The position numbers were made by a program, and so were the translations under genes. This document shows, one piece after another, positions 29,425-38,678 of a DNA stretch of 64,000 bases. Below the pieces are notes generated by a model. That model did no database searches and was not told the origin of the DNA. It saw nothing but the letters and a program-made list of their open reading frames with translations. Within the stretch, counting starts at the first letter, position 1. Every line of letters starts with the position of its first letter. The DNA comes from an uncultured Gammaproteobacteria bacterium (GTDB taxonomy: Bacteria; Pseudomonadota; Gammaproteobacteria; Steroidobacterales; GCA-2729495), in the NCBI GenBank assembly GCA_963807995.1, contig CAWEDX010000007.1, positions 132,679 through 196,678 on the forward strand, written 5' to 3'.

Positions 29425-30714
29425 TCAGCCCGCCGCGGGATCGGCCTGCACGCCGCTGAACCAGCTCTTCTGAAAGGCCGCAGCGCTTGACGGCATGCCC
29501 AGGTAGTAGCCCTGGCCAATGTCGCAACCCATGGCCTTTAAGGCCTGCATGACGTCGGCATCCTCGATGCCTTCCGCCACCACATCCAGATTGAGCGCGT
29601 GGCCCAGGCGGATCACTGCGCCAACAATTTCGCGGTCGCTTTGACTGGTCAGCATCGGGTTGACGAAAGAGCGGTCGATCTTCAGTTCATGGGCCGGCAC
29701 GCTGCGCAGGTAAGTCAGGCTGGAGTAGCCGGTACCAAAGTCATCAATGGCAAGACGAATGCCCAGATCGTGCAGGCGTTGCAGCATGGCAGAACTGGCC
29801 ACGGGATCGTGCATCAGCGCGGTTTCGGTGATTTCAAGAATCAATTGCTCGGCCGGGAAATTCCAGACCGCCAGCGCATCGGCCACCATATCGGCCAGGT
29901 CAGGATCTTCCAGGTTGCCGGGCGACGCATTCACTGCGATAAAAAAGTCGCTCTGCTGACGACACCAGTCACCGGCTTCTCGCAAGGCAGCGTTCAACAC
30001 AAAATTAAACAGCGTACGAATGCCGCGGGTCTGCTCAATGGCCGGTAAAAAAGCCGCCGGACTGACCAGGCCGGCTTCTGGGCTATGCCAGCGAATCAGC
30101 GCTTCCGCGCCATACAGGCGACCGTCGCGCATCCGCAATTTGGGTTGATAATGGAGCTCAAATTCACCGGCCTTGATGGCTTCATCGACATCAAACAAAG
30201 CGCCCTGCAAACCTGCATGGCGAATCGTCTGGTCGCCGTCGAATACCACGTAATCTTCGTCGCGGTGACGGGCCAGGGCCAGCGCTGCTTCGCATTGACG
30301 GAGCAAATCATCAGCGTCAGCAGCTTCTGCCGGCCACAACGAGACACCAACATGCAGGCGTATACGCACCCGTCCGGCAGCAATGCTGATGGCCTCTTCC
30401 GACTCCCGCGCTACGCGTTCCGCCGCCAGTACCGCGTGACCAGAATGCAGTGGATTGCAAATTACGAACGCATAACCCAGTCCGGGCAGCGGCAGCACCG
30501 CATCATGACGGCGGGCAATGGCTTGCAGGCGTCGGCCAATTTCGTCGATCACCAGGTCGCCGCAGGCATAGCCGAATTCAGCATTGATCCTGGCCAGGCC
30601 ATCCAGTCGCACCAGGATCAGGCCAAGGCTGTTGACCTCAGCCGCCGCCATACCGCGCTCAAGATGCAGGAGCAGCGGGGCGTAGCGAGAAAGAATGGCG
30701 GGCTGGCTGGACAT
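29425..30714 (-). CDS. EAL-domain c-di-GMP phosphodiesterase with degenerate GGDEF-like N-domain
   Basis: EAL core GAEALIRWHSPEAGLVSP, DDFGTGYSSL, KIDRSFV, EGIED. The N-domain keeps the GGDEF fold pattern (LILVRLDGLARINAEFGYACGD) but I see no GG(D/E)EF motif. Confidence 0.85.
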   Translation of the reverse strand: MSSQPAILSRYAPLLLHLERGMAAAEVNSLGLILVRLDGLARINAEFGYACGDLVIDEIGRRLQAIARRHDAVLPLPGLGYAFVICNPLHSGHAVLAAERVARESEEAISIAAGRVRIRLHVGVSLWPAEAADADDLLRQCEAALALARHRDEDYVVFDGDQTIRHAGLQGALFDVDEAIKAGEFELHYQPKLRMRDGRLYGAEALIRWHSPEAGLVSPAAFLPAIEQTRGIRTLFNFVLNAALREAGDWCRQQSDFFIAVNASPGNLEDPDLADMVADALAVWNFPAEQLILEITETALMHDPVASSAMLQRLHDLGIRLAIDDFGTGYSSLTYLRSVPAHELKIDRSFVNPMLTSQSDREIVGAVIRLGHALNLDVVAEGIEDADVMQALKAMGCDIGQGYYLGMPSSAAAFQKSWFSGVQADPAAG

Positions 30715-30726
30715 GATTTACCCAAC

Positions 30727-32055
30727 TCAGTGGAAATAGTCCTTGGGATCAATGCCAAAAGCGCCGGCCTCGTGACCTTTAACAATCCAGCGGGCCGAAT
30801 TTTTTTGTTCGTCGCTGGGCAGGCTTTTCAGGTCAAGCACGCGATGACTGGCCACCGGCTGCTGCTGCGCGTCCAGCAATACCATCACCTTGGGTCGCAA
30901 GCGGCGCACGCGATTCTGCTCGACCACGATCCCCACCTCACCGGTGTTCATCTCAACAATACTGCCGGTGGGAAACATCCCCAGGGCCTGCACGAACTGC
31001 TCAACCATTTCACGCTGGAAACCGGTCCCTGACTGCAGATTCAGTTCGCGCACGGCGTCGTAGGATGACCGCGCGTCGGCGTAGACCCGGCGACTGATCA
31101 TCGCGTCGTAACAGTCCACCAGTCCGGCGATACGCCCAAACACCGGGATATCGCCACCCGACAGACCTTGTGGATAGCCCGAACCGTCATGGCGCTCGTG
31201 GTGACTGGCAATCATGTCGAGAATGGCGTCGTTAATGCCGGGCGTCTTGCGCGCCAGCGCCACACCATAGTTAACATGGCCGCGCATGATCTCGAACTCC
31301 TCATCGCTGAGCGGGCCCTGCTTGCTGGTAATAGAGTCCGGAATTTTTACTTTGCCCAGGTCCAGCAGCATGCCGCCCATGGCCAGGGTTTGCAGTCCGG
31401 TGCGATCGAAACCCAGGTGTCGACCCAGGATCACCGCCCAAACCGATGATGCAATGGAATGGTTGTAGGCATATTCATCACGTTTGCGCAGGTAAACCAG
31501 CCAGGCCATGGCATCCTGGTTGCGCAATACGCTGTCGATCATCGGCGTGACTGCGTCGCGAACTTTGTCGATGTTCACGCCGGCACCCTTGCGCACGTCA
31601 TCCAGCACATCGTTCATCAGGTCCACCGCAAGGCCATAGGCATGCGTGGCATTGGGCGCCTCGGCCTGGGTATCAACCTGGTTGCGATACTCCACCTTGC
31701 CGCTGATCCGCCGAGCCAGCCAGCCGGACGGGTCGAGTCGGCTGAGCGCGCTTAACAGGCGATAGGACAGGGTCACGGGGCGCACCTGCGGGCGATCCGC
31801 TCCGTTAATAAACGGATCGTGCTTCTTACCGATGGAGTTATGCGCCTCAAGGATGCGGTCCTTGGGCACCGAGCTGCGATCAACGTCTACATATACGTGC
31901 TTGCAGAATTTGCGCAGCAAGCCAATTTCGCTGTCTTCGCGGATCTCGAAGCCCTGGAACAGGAACGGGGTTTCCAGCCACGGCCGATCGAGCTGGGCGA
32001 CATACATACCCTGCTCGAGACTTAAGGTGTCCACCTTGACCCGTTTGAACAACAC
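30727..32055 (-). CDS. HD-GYP domain protein with DUF3391-type N-terminus
   Basis: LEQGMYVAQLDRPWLETPF N-terminus. HD-GYP core MLLDLGK and HHERHDGSGYPQG. Proposed GTG start at 32055 with AAGGGA 9 nt upstream. The track start at 32172 adds an Arg/Cys-rich, non-protein-like extension. Confidence 0.8.
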   Translation of the reverse strand: MLFKRVKVDTLSLEQGMYVAQLDRPWLETPFLFQGFEIREDSEIGLLRKFCKHVYVDVDRSSVPKDRILEAHNSIGKKHDPFINGADRPQVRPVTLSYRLLSALSRLDPSGWLARRISGKVEYRNQVDTQAEAPNATHAYGLAVDLMNDVLDDVRKGAGVNIDKVRDAVTPMIDSVLRNQDAMAWLVYLRKRDEYAYNHSIASSVWAVILGRHLGFDRTGLQTLAMGGMLLDLGKVKIPDSITSKQGPLSDEEFEIMRGHVNYGVALARKTPGINDAILDMIASHHERHDGSGYPQGLSGGDIPVFGRIAGLVDCYDAMISRRVYADARSSYDAVRELNLQSGTGFQREMVEQFVQALGMFPTGSIVEMNTGEVGIVVEQNRVRRLRPKVMVLLDAQQQPVASHRVLDLKSLPSDEQKNSARWIVKGHEAGAFGIDPKDYFH

Positions 32056-32226
32056 CGCGAATCCCTTATATCCGGCCCTGAAAAGCCGCTTTCCATAATA
32101 GCGGGCCGCGCGGCAGGGACCGTGGCGGGCATCACAGTTCAACCCGCGCAGCGGGGCAGCTGACCCGGTCAACCGGCGCGCAACCGGGCCGTTGTGACAC
32201 AGGTCGCGAGTCTACGGAGGGGAACC

Positions 32227-32571
32227 ATGCGCAGCCTGTATAGCCTGGCAGTACTGATTTTGGCCGGATGCGCGGCCAACAGCGGGCCAATTATCGATAC
32301 CCAGGGCGTAGACCTGGTGAAATATGAACAGGATCTGGAACAGTGCACGGTCTACCAGGACCAGGTCAGCATCAGCGCCGGTATGGCCAAAGGCGCAGCA
32401 GCGGGTGGCGCGACAGGCGCGGCCACCGGGATCTTCACCGGTGATGTCGGGCGCGCTGCCGGCGTTGGCGCGGTGCTGGGCAGCGCTCAGTCAGCCCGTA
32501 AAAACGATGAGATCAAACAACGGGTAGTGAAAAACTGCCTGCGCGGGCGCGGCTACCGGGTGCTCAACTAG
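32227..32571 (+). CDS. glycine-zipper lipoprotein
   Basis: Start ATG 32227 after GGAGGGG. Lipobox LILAGC. Gly/Ala zipper [34 protein letters not shown]. Confidence 0.6.
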   Translation: MRSLYSLAVLILAGCAANSGPIIDTQGVDLVKYEQDLEQCTVYQDQVSISAGMAKGAAAGGATGAATGIFTGDVGRAAGVGAVLGSAQSARKNDEIKQRVVKNCLRGRGYRVLN

Positions 32572-33217
32572 CCGCTGCCAGGCCGGTGGGACAACTCACG
32601 CCGGTACCGCCGAGGCCACAGTAGCCGCCGGGATTCTTCGCCAGGTACTGCTGGTGATAATCCTCGGCGAAGTAAAACTCCGGTGCAGGCAGAATTTCCG
32701 TGGTGATCGCGCCCAGACCGGCCGCTTGCAGCGCACTGTTGTAAGCGGCTTTGGAGGCTCGCGCTGCAGTGGCTTGCGGCTCATCGTAGGTATAGATACC
32801 ACTGCGATATTGGGTACCGACATCGTTGCCCTGGCGCATCCCCTGGGTCGGATCGTGCGCTTCCCAGAATATCTGCAAAAGCTGCTCATAACTCACCTGC
32901 GCGGGGTCGAATACCACACGCACCACTTCGTTATGGCCGGTCTGGCCTGAGCAAACCTCACGATAGCCGGGATTTGGCGTATGCCCGGCCGCATAGCCGA
33001 CCGCGGTAGAGAAAACGCCCGGCGTTTCCCAGAATTTACGCTCCGCGCCCCAGAAACAGCCCAGACCGAACAGCGCCAGCTGCAGGTTCTCGGCGAAGGG
33101 CCCGGACAGCGGATTGCCGTTGACGAAATGCGCTGCAGGCACGGGCAGCGACTCACTGCGTCCCGGCAGAGCCTGATCAGCCGTGGGCATCTGAAGTTTT
33201 TTGTTGCGAAAGAACAT
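32564..33217 (-). CDS. msrA: peptide-methionine (S)-S-oxide reductase
   Basis: [26 protein letters not shown] aligns by eye to the E. coli MsrA N-terminus. Catalytic GLGCFWGAE. Start ATG 33217 preferred over 33241 or 33382. Confidence 0.9.
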   Translation of the reverse strand: MFFRNKKLQMPTADQALPGRSESLPVPAAHFVNGNPLSGPFAENLQLALFGLGCFWGAERKFWETPGVFSTAVGYAAGHTPNPGYREVCSGQTGHNEVVRVVFDPAQVSYEQLLQIFWEAHDPTQGMRQGNDVGTQYRSGIYTYDEPQATAARASKAAYNSALQAAGLGAITTEILPAPEFYFAEDYHQQYLAKNPGGYCGLGGTGVSCPTGLAAAS

Positions 33218-33394
33218 AAGAAAACCTTCGTTAGTCGCCATAATTTGGATCCGGCGGAAAAAACCGCCGCGCCGTGGCGGTCGAAACCTGCCAGCGAGTG
33301 TTAATAGTGCACCACATGCATAGGCTGTTAAATTAGCCCCTGTAGCTTTGGACCTGTCGTGAAGAAAAAGTTCTGCCTGCAAGCTGATAATTCC

Positions 33395-34999
33395 ATGGCC
33401 AGGCCAGGCCTGGCCCTGCTGCTGTTGCTGCTGGCCCGTCCCGGTCTCGGCCAGAGTGACGATTCAGCCGCCTCGGCTGCATCTGATGAGCCTTCTGCCC
33501 AGGCAAGCGTTAGCAGCGACCAGCAAGGCACCGACGCGACCGAGTCACCGCCGGCGGCGGCCGGCAGCAGCGAAGACAGCGAGGGCCTGGCCGGCGAACC
33601 GGTAATCGACATCGCCACGGACGAGGACCTGGAAACCGGCCCGCCTTCAAACTTCACCGGCCCGGCGCTGGATGACGACTCGGAAGGCGCCCTGGAAAGC
33701 GCGCCGGAAGAAGAATCGGTAGCGCCGAGGGTGGCAGCCTTCCAGCGCATGAACGAGCTGATGCAGGAAGGCCGTTATGAGGAAGCCTCGGCGGCGGCCC
33801 GGCGCGCCTTGAGTTTGTCGGAACAGGCATTCGGCAGCGACGATATCCGGCTGGTCGCCGCGCTGAATAATTACGCCACAAGTTTGATGCTCAGTAACGA
33901 TTTGATCGGTGCCGAACAAAATTACCAGCGCAGCCTCGCACTGGTGGAGCGTCTGGAAGGCATTCTCTCGCCGCGACTGATTAATATCTTCGTCGGCCTC
34001 GGCGCTACCTACAATCGCGCCAAACTCTACGAGCAAGGTACCGAAGCTTTTGAGCGCGCGTTGCGCATTAACCATGTCAACGAAGGCTTTTATAACTTCG
34101 AGCAGTTCAAAATCCGCGATGGCCTGACAGAAGCCAATATCGGCATAGAGGAACTGGAAGAAGCGAATTTTCAACAGGAAATCCAGGTAGAAATTCACAA
34201 GCGTAAACTGGGCGAAGACAACCCGGAGATTGCTCCGGCCATGTATAAACTCGGCCGCTGGTACGAGCGGTCAGGACAGGTTGAACTGGCCCGCCAGGTT
34301 TACCAGGAAGCGCGCCGACTCCTCTACAGCAACTATGGCAAGGACGACATTGTGCTGGTAGATGCGCTGGTAGGGATCGCCAGCACCTATGACCGCCAGG
34401 GCCTGATGGCAGAAAGCGCCAATGCACTGAAGCGGGCGCTGACCATCATTGAGAATCAGCCTGAACGCGACTATCTGCGCAGCGCCGAATTGTTGGTTGC
34501 GCTGGGCGACCTGTACAACCGCTATGGCAAGAGCAACAGCTCGCGGGCCAATTATGAAAGTGCCTGGCAAACACTATCAGTGGATGACAGCTACGCTTTA
34601 CAGCGCGACGAATATTTCCTGGAGCCGTCACGCATTGGCGGCTTGTCCTTTGCGACGCTGAGATTCGGGCCCGGCGTAAGGGAAGACAGCGAGCTGCTGC
34701 GCGACGGCTATGTGCTGCTGGGCTATACGATAAGCGGCGCAGGCCGGGCCGAGGACGTACGCATTATCGAGGCCGAGCCCGCAGAACTGATGGACAAGAA
34801 AGTCGCACGGGTCATGGAGCGTTCCTACTTTCGACCGCGAATGGTTGATGGCGTGGTAGTGAATACCCCCGATCAACTGTATCGGCATGATTTTCGCTAT
34901 CTGCCCGAAGGAGAATCCAGGCCGGAAAACAAGGACGTCGAGCTTAGCTATCCGGGCGGCCGGCTGGAACGGCCGGGCGGGGACGGCAACGAAGAGTGA
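33395..34999 (+). CDS. secreted TPR-repeat protein with TonB-C-like C-terminal domain
   Basis: Signal peptide [19 protein letters not shown], acidic Ser/Asp/Glu-rich linker, TPR-like repeats, C-terminal [25 protein letters not shown]...[12 protein letters not shown]. Confidence 0.6.
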   Translation: MARPGLALLLLLLARPGLGQSDDSAASAASDEPSAQASVSSDQQGTDATESPPAAAGSSEDSEGLAGEPVIDIATDEDLETGPPSNFTGPALDDDSEGALESAPEEESVAPRVAAFQRMNELMQEGRYEEASAAARRALSLSEQAFGSDDIRLVAALNNYATSLMLSNDLIGAEQNYQRSLALVERLEGILSPRLINIFVGLGATYNRAKLYEQGTEAFERALRINHVNEGFYNFEQFKIRDGLTEANIGIEELEEANFQQEIQVEIHKRKLGEDNPEIAPAMYKLGRWYERSGQVELARQVYQEARRLLYSNYGKDDIVLVDALVGIASTYDRQGLMAESANALKRALTIIENQPERDYLRSAELLVALGDLYNRYGKSNSSRANYESAWQTLSVDDSYALQRDEYFLEPSRIGGLSFATLRFGPGVREDSELLRDGYVLLGYTISGAGRAEDVRIIEAEPAELMDKKVARVMERSYFRPRMVDGVVVNTPDQLYRHDFRYLPEGESRPENKDVELSYPGGRLERPGGDGNEE

Positions 35000-35007
35000 A
35001 CCGGCAG

Positions 35008-35997
35008 ATGCGGGCGCTGTGTTTTACGGCCGCCGGCCAGCCACTGGAGCTTCAGCAACGCGAAATTCCTGCGCCTGCCGCAGGGGAAGTGCTGATTCGT
35101 GTTGAAGCCTGTGGCGTTTGCCGTACCGACCTGCACGTTCAGGATGCCGAATTGCCGGATATCCGCTATCCCATTGTCCCCGGCCACCAGGTCGTCGGCC
35201 GGGTCGTCGCACGCGGCGACGGCGTGCGTCTGGAGGACCGCAGCCGGGTCGGCGCCGCGTGGCTGGGCTGGACCTGCGGTCGCTGCGAGTTTTGCCTTAG
35301 CGGACGCGAGAACCTGTGCAGTGCCGCGCGTTTTCACGGCTATCACCGCGACGGCGGCTATGCCGATTACATGCTGGCCTGCGCCGACTATTGCCTGCCC
35401 ATCGGCGAGAACCTGGACGCTGCAACCACCACGCCATTGTTATGTGCGGGCCTTATCGGCTATCGCAGTCTGCGCATGGCCGGCGAAGCAAAGCGTATTG
35501 GCCTGTATGGATTCGGCTCGGCCGCGCACATCATCGCGCAGGTCGCCCTTCAGCAAGGTCGCCAGGTATTTGCCTTTACCCGCGCCGGTGATACTCAGGC
35601 CCAGGCCTTTGCCCGCGAACTGGGCGCGACCTGGGCCGGCGACTCCGAACAGGCAGCACCTGAAAAACTTGATGCTGCCCTGATCTTTGCGCCCGTGGGC
35701 AGCCTGGTGCCCAAAGCGCTAACCGACCTCAAGCCCGGCGGCCGGGTTGTTTGCGGCGGTATTCATATGTCCGATATACCGAGCTTCCCCTATGCGGACC
35801 TGTGGGGCGAACGACAGATTCGCTCGGTGGCAAATCTGACCCGCGAAGACGGCGAGAAATTTATGCAGATTGCCGAAAGCATGACTATTCAGGCGCACGT
35901 CAGGCGTTATCCGCTGGAGCGGGCGAATGAGGCGTTGGGGGATTTGCGGGAGGGGCGGATTTCTGGGACGGCGGTGCTTGAGACTGGGTTTGGGTGA
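35008..35997 (+). CDS. zinc-binding alcohol dehydrogenase family protein (MDR)
   Basis: ACGVCRTDLH, structural zinc CGRCEFCLSGRENLC, Rossmann GLYGFGSAAH. ATG 35008 preferred over GTG 34996. Confidence 0.85.
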   Translation: MRALCFTAAGQPLELQQREIPAPAAGEVLIRVEACGVCRTDLHVQDAELPDIRYPIVPGHQVVGRVVARGDGVRLEDRSRVGAAWLGWTCGRCEFCLSGRENLCSAARFHGYHRDGGYADYMLACADYCLPIGENLDAATTTPLLCAGLIGYRSLRMAGEAKRIGLYGFGSAAHIIAQVALQQGRQVFAFTRAGDTQAQAFARELGATWAGDSEQAAPEKLDAALIFAPVGSLVPKALTDLKPGGRVVCGGIHMSDIPSFPYADLWGERQIRSVANLTREDGEKFMQIAESMTIQAHVRRYPLERANEALGDLREGRISGTAVLETGFG

Positions 35998-36026
35998 GGT
36001 TGGTTTTGATTTGACGGTTTTGGGGT

Positions 36027-36226
36027 GGTGCCGGGCCCTGCTGGCGATATCCCACCTTTCTCCTGGAAAAAGTCGCTGCGGCGGAATCTCGCCATCAGGG
36101 CCTTCAGGGCGTCAGGGTTTTTTGGGTTCGGGTATTGGCTGGCGGTGCTCAACCTCGGTGGGTGGGGTGAGTGGGGGTTCGGGTTTGGCGCTGGTGGCAC
36201 CGCCTGCGGGCGGTGACCTGGCGTGG
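36027..36226 (+). repeat. 200-bp repeat copy 1 (hairpin core plus G/T-rich tail)
   Basis: Near-identical to 36400..36599 (offset 373 bp; I see 3 substitutions). The core hairpin arms CCCTGCTGGCGATATCCCACC (36036-36056) and GGCGGAATCTCGCCATCAGGG (36080-36100) are imperfectly complementary. Confidence 0.85.
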
Positions 36227-36302
36227 CGGGACTTTGGGCGGGGTTGAACGCGCCTAAAGGCTTCATGAAAAGCCTGGCGTCGGCTTGGCGATTCATTCAG
36301 GC

Positions 36303-36376
36303 GTACCGGGCCCTGCTGGCGATATTCCGCCTTACTCCTGTGGAAAAGTCGTGGCGTCGGAATCTCGCCATCAGGG
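36303..36376 (+). repeat. solo core copy of the same repeat family
   Basis: gtaccgggccctgctggcgatattccgccttactcctgtggaaaagtcgtggcgtcggaatctcgccatcaggg. Same arms and loop as the flanking copies, with several substitutions. Confidence 0.8.
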
Positions 36377-36399
36377 TTTTTGGTTGGGGGTTTTGGGCT

Positions 36400-36599
36400 G
36401 GTGCCGGGCCCTGCTGACGATATCCCACCTTTCTCCTGGGAAAAGTCGCTGCGGCGGAATCTCGCCATCAGGGCCTTCAGGGCGTCAGGGTTTTTTGGGT
36501 TCGGGTATTGGCTGGCGGTGCTCAACCTCGGTGGGTGGGGTGAGTGGGGGTTCGGGTTTGGCGCTGGTGGCACCGCCCGGGGGCGGTGACCTGGCGTGG
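36400..36599 (+). repeat. 200-bp repeat copy 2
   Basis: See 36027..36226. Confidence 0.85.
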
Positions 36600-36659
36600 T
36601 GATGCGCGGAAATTGGTTCAGGGTGGCTGGCGCCTGGTCAGGGTTTTAGAGCGCGCGGG

Positions 36660-37739
36660 TTATTGGTTGTTGGCGTATTCGGTCTTGGCGGTTTGGATTA
36701 GGTCGTAGATTTCCTGGCTGCGGCCGCCGATGCCTTCGAGGAGTTGTGCCGCGACGCCGGCGGTTTTTGCTTGCCAGGCGGCGCGTTGTTCGGGGCTGAC
36801 GGGATGAGTCTGGATGGCGAGTTTCGGGTCGGCGAGGTCGGCGATGTCCTGGGCGCGGATGTCGATGCGGGATTGTTCAACGCTGGGGAAGGTACTGGTG
36901 AGGATCTCGCGGATTTCTGGTGTCTGGGAATCCCACCAGCGCTTGTCGGCGACGATTACGGATACACCGAAGACGTGACGCGTGAGTATGAAGTGCGGCG
37001 CCTCGGCGGAAATCCCGGTGCGCGAGTAGAGGCTGATGGAGTTTTCTCCGGCATCGATGAGGCCGGTCTGCAGTGACGGCACAATTTCACCATAGCCCAG
37101 CGGTATTACGTCGGCACCCAGTGACTCGGCAAACAGACGCGCGTTGATGCTGGCGGAGACGCGAAAACGCCGACCCTGCATGTCTGCCGGGGTCAGTATC
37201 GGTTCCTTGCTGTAAATGGAGTGAAATCCGATTTCATACCAGGTGACCAGGTGCAGGCCCTGCTCAGCCAGCAAGTCGGTGTAGATGGGTGTCAGATAAC
37301 GGTCGTAGATATAGTCGGCTTCGGCTTCGTCGGCAAACAGGTAGGGCACGTAGAGCAGCGACAATTCCGGGACGAGTGTGGAGGTCACCTGGGCAGACAG
37401 GTTGGCGAATTGAATGCGCCCGCGGCGAATCCCGGACAGCAATTGCTCTTCGGAACCCAGTTGGCCGTAGATCAGTGGGCGCAGTTCGAGTTGACCGCCC
37501 GAAGCCTGTTCAGCCGCCCGCTTGAAATCGAGCCACATGGTTTCACCCGGCGTGTTCGGCGCGGTGGTGCCGCCCAGGTTGACGATCTGGCGCTGCAACT
37601 TTTCCGGCGCGGCGCTGCCGTCCTGATTGACGACCTCGGGTTGCGATTCGCCGCCGCAGGCGGCCAGGGCCAACAATAACGAGGACAACAGGAGGCGACG
37701 ACAGGATGCCGGGAAACCGGCGAGTTGAGGGGTATGCAT
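36660..37739 (-). CDS. TRAP transporter substrate-binding lipoprotein (DctP family), no adjacent membrane subunits
   Basis: Lipobox LLALAACGG. DctP-like body (LRPLIYGQLGSEEQLLSGIRRGRIQFANLS...). No DctQ/DctM genes within the window. Confidence 0.75.
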   Translation of the reverse strand: MHTPQLAGFPASCRRLLLSSLLLALAACGGESQPEVVNQDGSAAPEKLQRQIVNLGGTTAPNTPGETMWLDFKRAAEQASGGQLELRPLIYGQLGSEEQLLSGIRRGRIQFANLSAQVTSTLVPELSLLYVPYLFADEAEADYIYDRYLTPIYTDLLAEQGLHLVTWYEIGFHSIYSKEPILTPADMQGRRFRVSASINARLFAESLGADVIPLGYGEIVPSLQTGLIDAGENSISLYSRTGISAEAPHFILTRHVFGVSVIVADKRWWDSQTPEIREILTSTFPSVEQSRIDIRAQDIADLADPKLAIQTHPVSPEQRAAWQAKTAGVAAQLLEGIGGRSQEIYDLIQTAKTEYANNQ

Positions 37740-37905
37740 GGGGTGCAGAGCTTAGAGTGGTTGCTGCCGGGGCTCAAGTTCAGGCGCAGGCCGGGAACGA
37801 ACGGGTGGCAAAGCCGTCAAAAGCCTGACAACCTGCCCGCAGCAATCCTGGAGCCAAGCACTGAACAAGCGACTGCCAAAGCCCCTAAACCTGCCTGCCC
37901 TGGGC

Positions 37906-38625
37906 TTGCTGTTGTGCCTGCTGGCACCTGTGGCGCAGGCCATCGCGCCGGACTACAGTCTATGGGACGAGCTGTTACTTACCCATGTGCGCAATGGTTA
38001 TGTCGATTACAACGGCCTGCGTGACGATAGTCGGCTGCAGCTATTTCTGGATCAGCTGGCCAATACCGATCCCGCCAGCGTAGCGGCCAGCAACGACCGC
38101 AAGTCGCTGCTGATCAACGCCTATAACGCCTACGCAATACGCGGGATCCTGGACGGCCAGTCCACCAGCAGCCAGTCGCGACGCAAGCGTTTTTTTACCC
38201 GCTACCGGTTTACCCTGATGGGCGAGACCACCACGCTGCAAGACGTAGAACATAAGCAACTGCGGCCCATGGGCGACCCGCGCATCCACTTCGCCATAGT
38301 TTGCGCCTCACTATCCTGCCCGCGCCTGGCCAGTCGTGCATTTGTCCCGGAACGACTGGACCAGCAGCTCGACGTAGCCGCAAGCCGTTTCATTAACGAT
38401 CCGACACGTAACCGTTTCGACAGCGAGCGCGGCGAGGCCTTTGTGTCACAGATTTTCGACTGGTTTGCAGAGGATTTCACTGCCGGCGCCGACTCGGTGC
38501 AGGCCTACCTGGCTGGCTACAGTCGGGATCCGCAAGCCACCCAGCTGCTGCGCGATGAGGCCTTTAAACTGCGCTATGAAATCTATGACTGGGGCCTGAA
38601 CGGCCAGTTTGACAACCCGCCGTAA
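37906..38625 (+). CDS. DUF547 domain protein
   Basis: VDYNGLRDD..., LLINAYNAYAIRGIL, PRIHFAIVCASLSCPRL are characteristic. TTG start, 5' end uncertain. Confidence 0.75.
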   Translation: MLLCLLAPVAQAIAPDYSLWDELLLTHVRNGYVDYNGLRDDSRLQLFLDQLANTDPASVAASNDRKSLLINAYNAYAIRGILDGQSTSSQSRRKRFFTRYRFTLMGETTTLQDVEHKQLRPMGDPRIHFAIVCASLSCPRLASRAFVPERLDQQLDVAASRFINDPTRNRFDSERGEAFVSQIFDWFAEDFTAGADSVQAYLAGYSRDPQATQLLRDEAFKLRYEIYDWGLNGQFDNPP

Positions 38626-38678
38626 ACCGAAGAACAGTCGCCCACGAACTCTTTGCATCAACTTGCCGGAAACTGACT

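Noticed and set aside
30085-31032. 315-aa plus-strand ORF
   Set aside because: It lies antisense to the EAL and HD-GYP genes, both of which carry unmistakable catalytic motifs.
36193-36215. TGGCAC hexamer inside the repeat tail as a second sigma-54 promoter
   Set aside because: The nearest downstream GC is 2 nt too close (TGGCAC-cgcc-TGC) and there is no TTGC-like -12 element. The site is duplicated as part of the repeat and faces the 3' end of a convergent gene.
35907-36573. Pro/Asn-rich minus-strand ORFs (35907..36296 and 36112..36573), plus several plus-strand ORFs with repeated peptide blocks
   Set aside because: They coincide exactly with the DNA repeat copies. The repeated peptide (ALKALMARFRRSDF...) is simply the translated hairpin arm. 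There is no start context, and the region lies between convergent gene ends.
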